Made by a program: the position numbers and the translations under genes. Shown here piece by piece: positions 60,201 to 64,000 of a stretch of 64,000 bases of DNA; position 1 is the first letter of the stretch, and the number at the start of each line of letters is the position of its first letter. The notes beneath the pieces are model-generated. The model was not told the origin of the DNA and made no database searches. It saw nothing but the letters and a program-made list of their open reading frames with translations. Location: contig JBHLKM010000002.1 in NCBI GenBank assembly GCA_048886685.1, positions 348,367 through 412,366 on the forward strand, read 5' to 3'. This DNA is from Candidatus Hodarchaeota archaeon (lineage in GTDB: Archaea; Asgardarchaeota; Lokiarchaeia; Sigyniarchaeales; SOKP01).

Positions 60201-62339
60201 CCAAATACCTGCTTTCCAATATCCTTCTTTGAATGCGATGGTAGATCCTAACATTAAACCATCATTAATTAGTTCTGTTGCAAGAAACGCTATGGCCCAT
60301 GCTACTTGATCTTGTGTTGGAATAAACAATGCGGTGAATGAAAACTTATTGTCATCAGGTGCTTTCCCTGCCCAAGTCATCATACCATTTAATTCAGCTA
60401 AACCAACAAGATCATTATTTTGATTCAATAAATCACGATTTAGTATATCAGCTTCTGTCCAATTCCAATTACCATCAGGATTTTGGAACTTTGGAATCAC
60501 AACTTGCTGCACTTGTAATTCAAACTGATGAATGGGACAATTCGTTCTATCCAATGCTAAAAGTCCAGAAATTAATTGATAAATATCTTTTCCAAAATCA
60601 ATAAATCCCACAGCATATGCAGCTTTTTTTTGTTGAGCTGTTATCGTTAATCCCTTTGACCAAGGCCATTCTTTCATAATAAATCCTTCTACCGCAAATG
60701 CAGCATAATCAATTACATCACGAGTTATATATTCCCACGCTTCTTTCAATACACGAGTATTTGTTATTGTAGTTCTAAAAAATGGGATATCATTAAGTTT
60801 CTGGTCAGCTGTTAATTCTCTTGTATAGTATCTTACATGGCTAAGGTTGGGATCGGTAGTGACGGTCCATCCTAAAGCCTTTATAACCATATCTAGTCTG
60901 TTATGAAGTATTTTTTGAGTATGTTTAATGGTTATTCTTACTGGTCGGTCATTTTTCGGATTAATCACACTCACTAAAGGTTCAAACCACCCTTTATTGT
61001 TATTCTCATCTTTATACGCAACAAAAAGGTCCGGGTCTGGATATTGATTAAAATCAATTCCTTGATAGAGCTCCATTACGTTGTGGGCACGCATTTGTAT
61101 CCGAACCTTGTTTGATAAAACTGGGCGTGTGTATGGAACAGCTTTGGTCAACGTAAATGATATCTGGCTCGAGAGAAAATCTTCTGGTCTATCATTATCC
61201 TTATCTCTAATCTCTATTGTAATATGAAAAACTTTAATGAATGGGGAAGTTAATAGTGTTCCCAAGGATTGGCTTATAAGATAATAAGTGGGAACAGGAT
61301 ACCAACTTGTATATTGTCCATTAACTTTAAATCTAATTTCAGCTCCACTAGTATCCCAAATCCAAAATTTTAACTTAATATTGTTTAAATTTCGTCCACC
61401 TAGACCCACAACATCACCATCAAATAAAACTTGAGTTGTTCCATCTCCAAAATCCAAATCAAGAAATTGAAAATTAATATTTGGAATTTGCGGATAGGAT
61501 GCCATGTAAGGTGGGTCAGTATCATCATCATAAATTAGTATTCTGGGCCCTATAATTGGTAAATCCATTGTATTGATTTTCATATACACAGGAGTTTCCC
61601 ATGACCATCCTGTAAACAATCCCCATGTTTGCCATTGATATTTAATTACAACTTTCACCCAATTATCAATATATCCAGGGGAACCATATGCGAATAATCC
61701 TACACCATCTGCACCCCAAATCCCCCCGTCGGGACCTGGAGCAATCCACGATTTCCCAGAGACATACCCAAAGTTCCAAAAGTCATAATCCTCTTCTAGA
61801 TTAAGGTGCATAACTGTAGAAGCAGATTCACTAAACGGAGACAAGGGATTTCCATCTCTATCCAGATATACATCAATTTGTTTGATCCTTTCTGCTACTG
61901 GAACTCCTGCTTTGGAGAAAAAGTAAAATTTAAATAATTCATCAGTTCTACTCCGGAAATCTCCCTGCAAAGGCCACAATAATATTCCCCACCAAGCTGT
62001 AGGAGTATTATGTTTTGTCATTTCTTCAACCTCATCCCTTGTGAGGGTACCATTCTCATACCCCATGAAAGCAAATGTATATTTATGGATAAGTTTGGTC
62101 GTATTTTCATCATATGAAAGAAAAGTTTCTAATGACACACCGAATTCATTTAATATGAGATCTCTGAAGTAAATAAACTGTTCTCCAACAGTATCAGGAA
62201 TGTCTGTCAAGTCTCCAAAAATCGTAGGTTCTCTCTCTTCATTTACATTGTCTGAAACACTTATTATCGGTGGAGTATTCATACCAAAAGCAAATAAAAT
62301 AATACAAAAGCAAATTATGAATCTCTTCTTAACTAACAT
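57270..62339 (-). CDS. Large secreted/surface protein with acidic Ig-like repeats, internal hydrophobic hairpin and helical C-terminus
   Basis: Signal peptide; four 'I.DDD...P' linkers with 'D.D.DR..D' loops; central hydrophobic segment followed by DPPNPNY. Confidence 0.8.
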   Translation of the reverse strand: MLVKKRFIICFCIILFAFGMNTPPIISVSDNVNEEREPTIFGDLTDIPDTVGEQFIYFRDLILNEFGVSLETFLSYDENTTKLIHKYTFAFMGYENGTLTRDEVEEMTKHNTPTAWWGILLWPLQGDFRSRTDELFKFYFFSKAGVPVAERIKQIDVYLDRDGNPLSPFSESASTVMHLNLEEDYDFWNFGYVSGKSWIAPGPDGGIWGADGVGLFAYGSPGYIDNWVKVVIKYQWQTWGLFTGWSWETPVYMKINTMDLPIIGPRILIYDDDTDPPYMASYPQIPNINFQFLDLDFGDGTTQVLFDGDVVGLGGRNLNNIKLKFWIWDTSGAEIRFKVNGQYTSWYPVPTYYLISQSLGTLLTSPFIKVFHITIEIRDKDNDRPEDFLSSQISFTLTKAVPYTRPVLSNKVRIQMRAHNVMELYQGIDFNQYPDPDLFVAYKDENNNKGWFEPLVSVINPKNDRPVRITIKHTQKILHNRLDMVIKALGWTVTTDPNLSHVRYYTRELTADQKLNDIPFFRTTITNTRVLKEAWEYITRDVIDYAAFAVEGFIMKEWPWSKGLTITAQQKKAAYAVGFIDFGKDIYQLISGLLALDRTNCPIHQFELQVQQVVIPKFQNPDGNWNWTEADILNRDLLNQNNDLVGLAELNGMMTWAGKAPDDNKFSFTALFIPTQDQVAWAIAFLATELINDGLMLGSTIAFKEGYWKAGIWLFVFAVIADFVKYAFHHMANEVDPPNPNYNEKSTPDKLELNPDIKQQLIDSGDEDIVEVVEELYEFERYFYGYQQSYDKYITALNNNDKEAAANQLQWGLEYMEEANDIIPNLSKKLSQGLSKSVDTMNQLGIDFDANDAPDMSNFVLNDTAKDIIEYHRNNRPEWNIQTPAEYENNYRQLNGSSWEVEEKLMKSTVIQKNLLELVMDETANDFTTKYVGLKKELGNPVIINNTVRSELEAQLLAAETAFTDGDYFLCIEIASQLEEFARTWYLKTLDEFFDEINWKANSLKIMALSVNQIHAISIGDNIKEVKNGESVEFDYQVYNEVNNHINPDGNQLTVEPIIEVKAKTTNGIIPNGIIISILDENGNALPTSNGAPILKLENKEVRNIKIKIDIIKDSPYELQDFDFILLIHQEIGSIKSIELKQDFSITILDDDTTSPEIEIEYINGDYTDANPGQWVVSASDPESGISEMSVFIDEVLVGTSSGLYAVPNDLNIHNIKITAKNGDLDRGTSDQEISIKTHMVSIVDDDTQPPEIVIEWFGQGTDGNPGVFEWAIFDSDDGIGGDQDTGFSNVSISVKYQSTEGLDDYIFIIPVTLKGDQYGNWYLPSALGIYTLNIYARDNDDDRTIAKDSLDSSATLSVTIIDDDIIAPEINDFLIQQTLETITVSFTAIDENSGFIDDLGLSMIKIFIDNIKIIEYYPTPVESFFNYSIPNEWIMGLGVHNVRVEVWDADNDRIGDSSYTAIEGTFETSLEEMYNYVISSIEILRTYVENYLSSYLGRSIQRKLEKASDHLAEAYSLIIEGYVTCGLVHDLIAQALAQVSEFQTALFNRIGFISDEDAKYIIPRLREIRNNIVILMGSSIDSPQAYEIALIAVDLLTLKDYIKEEIGFFNRICVTNALSCAISLLELSILKLSLDLEVNVALIHAQEKLDFAIIKVNSLLDQGKISGELAEYLVFHLQDAIDRIELLP

Positions 62340-62614
62340 TTCAATTATCGCCTAGAATTTTTTTATCTAAATCATTAAAAGGGTATATATAAATCTCTCT
62401 ATCAAGTATTCTATATATATATTTTATGTTTTCATATGAAAAATCTGGTATCTATTGTCATTATTATTAAATCAAGTCTTGATTCAATACTTCTAATTTT
62501 TCCCTCCGTTCTTGATAAGGGTTTTATTTTAATATTTAAATCTGCTATTAAAGCTTTTTATCAAGTAAAAGTGAGATTAGGAAAATATTTATTAATTAAA
62601 TCTAATATTTTATT

Positions 62615-62857
62615 ATGGTTGAAGATTTTAATAAGAACACCAATGAAGAAATAACTAGGTTTAAAGAGGGAATAAAATTAGCTAAGAAGTTATGCTTATT
62701 TCTCTTTGCATTAATAATTATTTTTGTCTTGGTCTCTTATCTTGTATTTTCTCTAAATTTATTTTATGTTCTAATTTTTATTCCAATAATTGGAGCAGTC
62801 TTTTTGATTTCTATATTAAACATGAAAGCAAGGATTAAATCGCTACAATTAAAATAA
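62615..62857 (+). CDS. Small 2-TM membrane protein
   Basis: Two hydrophobic helices flanked by basic residues. Confidence 0.55.
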   Translation: MVEDFNKNTNEEITRFKEGIKLAKKLCLFLFALIIIFVLVSYLVFSLNLFYVLIFIPIIGAVFLISILNMKARIKSLQLK

Positions 62858-63031
62858 ATTCTATCAAAATAATAGAACAATAATTCTCTCTATTTTTTAT
62901 CCTTATATTACAATAGTAATTAATAAATTTCTAAGGAGTGTTTGATATAAAAAGTAAAAATAAAAAAAATTTAAAAAATAAAAAGATATGGGCTAATTCT
63001 AAAGAGAAGAATTAACTCTAGGTTAGTTCTT

Positions 63032-64000
63032 TTAACTATTATCACTTGTTATGAAATAATTTTGCAGTTTTTTAATACGCGAATTTATTCTCTGAAGTTG
63101 TTTATCTCGCTTCTCATCCTCATTTTCGCTGGATAAGATTTCTTTTATTTGAAATAAGTATTTCAATGCAACTACATAATCTTTCCTCTTTTCAGATTTA
63201 GATGCTTGCTCTAAAGCAAATTTTAATTCAACTTCTTTATTTAATTTTATAATTTCTAAAATTTTAAACGAGATTTTGCCAATCATCGTTTCCATATTGA
63301 ATTCTTTTGCATATGTGAGTGCTTTTTGATATTCATTTAACGCTTCTTGATAAGCAGCATCTTTTTCAGCAATTTCTCCTTTTTTTAATAAAGATTTGAC
63401 TTTTTTCATAGCAGTATCTTCATTCATATCCAGACATTCAAAAATAATCTCATCCAAATCTTTTATCTCCATGATTTTTTGAATGACATATTCTCTTTTT
63501 TGTATATCTTCTTCTTTTGATTCTAACTCTTTCCTTTGAAATTCAAGATCTGCCCAAATAATAACATCTTCTCTTATCATTTGGTAAATGTTCCAGAGAA
63601 TTTCTTCCTTCGATATCACACCTAATAATTTTGATGTTGTATTAATAAGATTTAAGATTAAAAAATAATCCTCATCTTTTAACAGATCTTTACAGGTTTC
63701 ATACACGGCATTTTGAATAGGTGTAAGATTTTCAAATATATCAGGTGGAATTTGAGTAGAGAGAGTAAGCGGATATATCATAGTTACTTCAAATATTTTT
63801 TCCACTAAGTTTTTTACAGGGTTTAATATGTTTATATTCCCGGTTTTATCAAATTCTTGTAATTCATCTTCATAATCCCCCTCAAAAATGTCTGTGAAAT
63901 TCGATAGTAAATCCCTTAAATTACCAGAAGCTCTCCCGTCAAGAATTAAACATGGTGTACACAAAGTTCCAACCCTTAACAAAAGATTAAAATTTTTATA
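63032..64000 (-). CDS. Partial (5' end outside window) protein: end of longin-like domain, winged-helix-like region and TPR/MIT-like helices
   Basis: Frame open to the window edge; 'F...FE..Y..EL..F..TG', 'MIYPL' as in 29420..31702; 'YQEALNEYQKAL..A'. Confidence 0.7.
   Translation of the reverse strand, partial: YKNFNLLLRVGTLCTPCLILDGRASGNLRDLLSNFTDIFEGDYEDELQEFDKTGNINILNPVKNLVEKIFEVTMIYPLTLSTQIPPDIFENLTPIQNAVYETCKDLLKDEDYFLILNLINTTSKLLGVISKEEILWNIYQMIREDVIIWADLEFQRKELESKEEDIQKREYVIQKIMEIKDLDEIIFECLDMNEDTAMKKVKSLLKKGEIAEKDAAYQEALNEYQKALTYAKEFNMETMIGKISFKILEIIKLNKEVELKFALEQASKSEKRKDYVVALKYLFQIKEILSSENEDEKRDKQLQRINSRIKKLQNYFITSDNS

Noticed and set aside
286-60604. Short track ORFs overlapping long genes (e.g. 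286..543, 8171..8482, 10630..11055, 32208..32519, 56406..56741, 60338..60604)
   Set aside because: Antisense or out-of-frame shadows of well-supported genes.
62436-62654. 72-aa ORF
   Set aside because: Low-complexity AT-rich translation overlapping the more plausible 62615..62857.
1-64000. CRISPR arrays, tRNA/rRNA genes, intact transposases or integrases
   Set aside because: No regularly spaced repeats, GC-rich structural RNA blocks or transposase motifs recognised by eye; tRNAscan/Infernal were not run.

Overview
AT-rich (roughly 30% GC by eye) archaeal chromosome segment. It is most consistent with an Asgard archaeon of the Lokiarchaeia (Promethearchaeota), judged from longin/roadblock-like domains, a roadblock-ubiquitin-like fusion, TPR-longin proteins, a NusA-like KH protein, a fwd cluster and GAGGTG Shine-Dalgarno sites. 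Contents: a corrinoid/URO-D-family pair, a PAS histidine kinase, a catalytically altered fwdG-B-D-A cluster with Mrp/NBP35, many catabolic enzymes (haloalkane dehalogenase, sulfatase, CoA-transferase, acyl-CoA enzymes, three NMO/FabK paralogues), a 2013-aa thioester alpha-2-macroglobulin with a membrane-tethered regulator, and a 1689-aa secreted repeat protein. Top finding, absent from the ORF track: a small minus-strand single-TM ORF (14163..13936) with an in-frame UGA in a GGG-U-x-C context. It is followed about 19 nt after its TAA by a eukaryote-type SECIS-like hairpin (AUGA / 9-bp stem / GAAAA loop / GA), making it a candidate membrane selenoprotein of a family I do not recognise. Also seen: genes needing ATA starts, three broken genes, and an unlisted 50-aa gene. 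No rRNA, tRNA, CRISPR array or intact transposase was recognised. All calls come from motif recognition by eye; no database searches were run.
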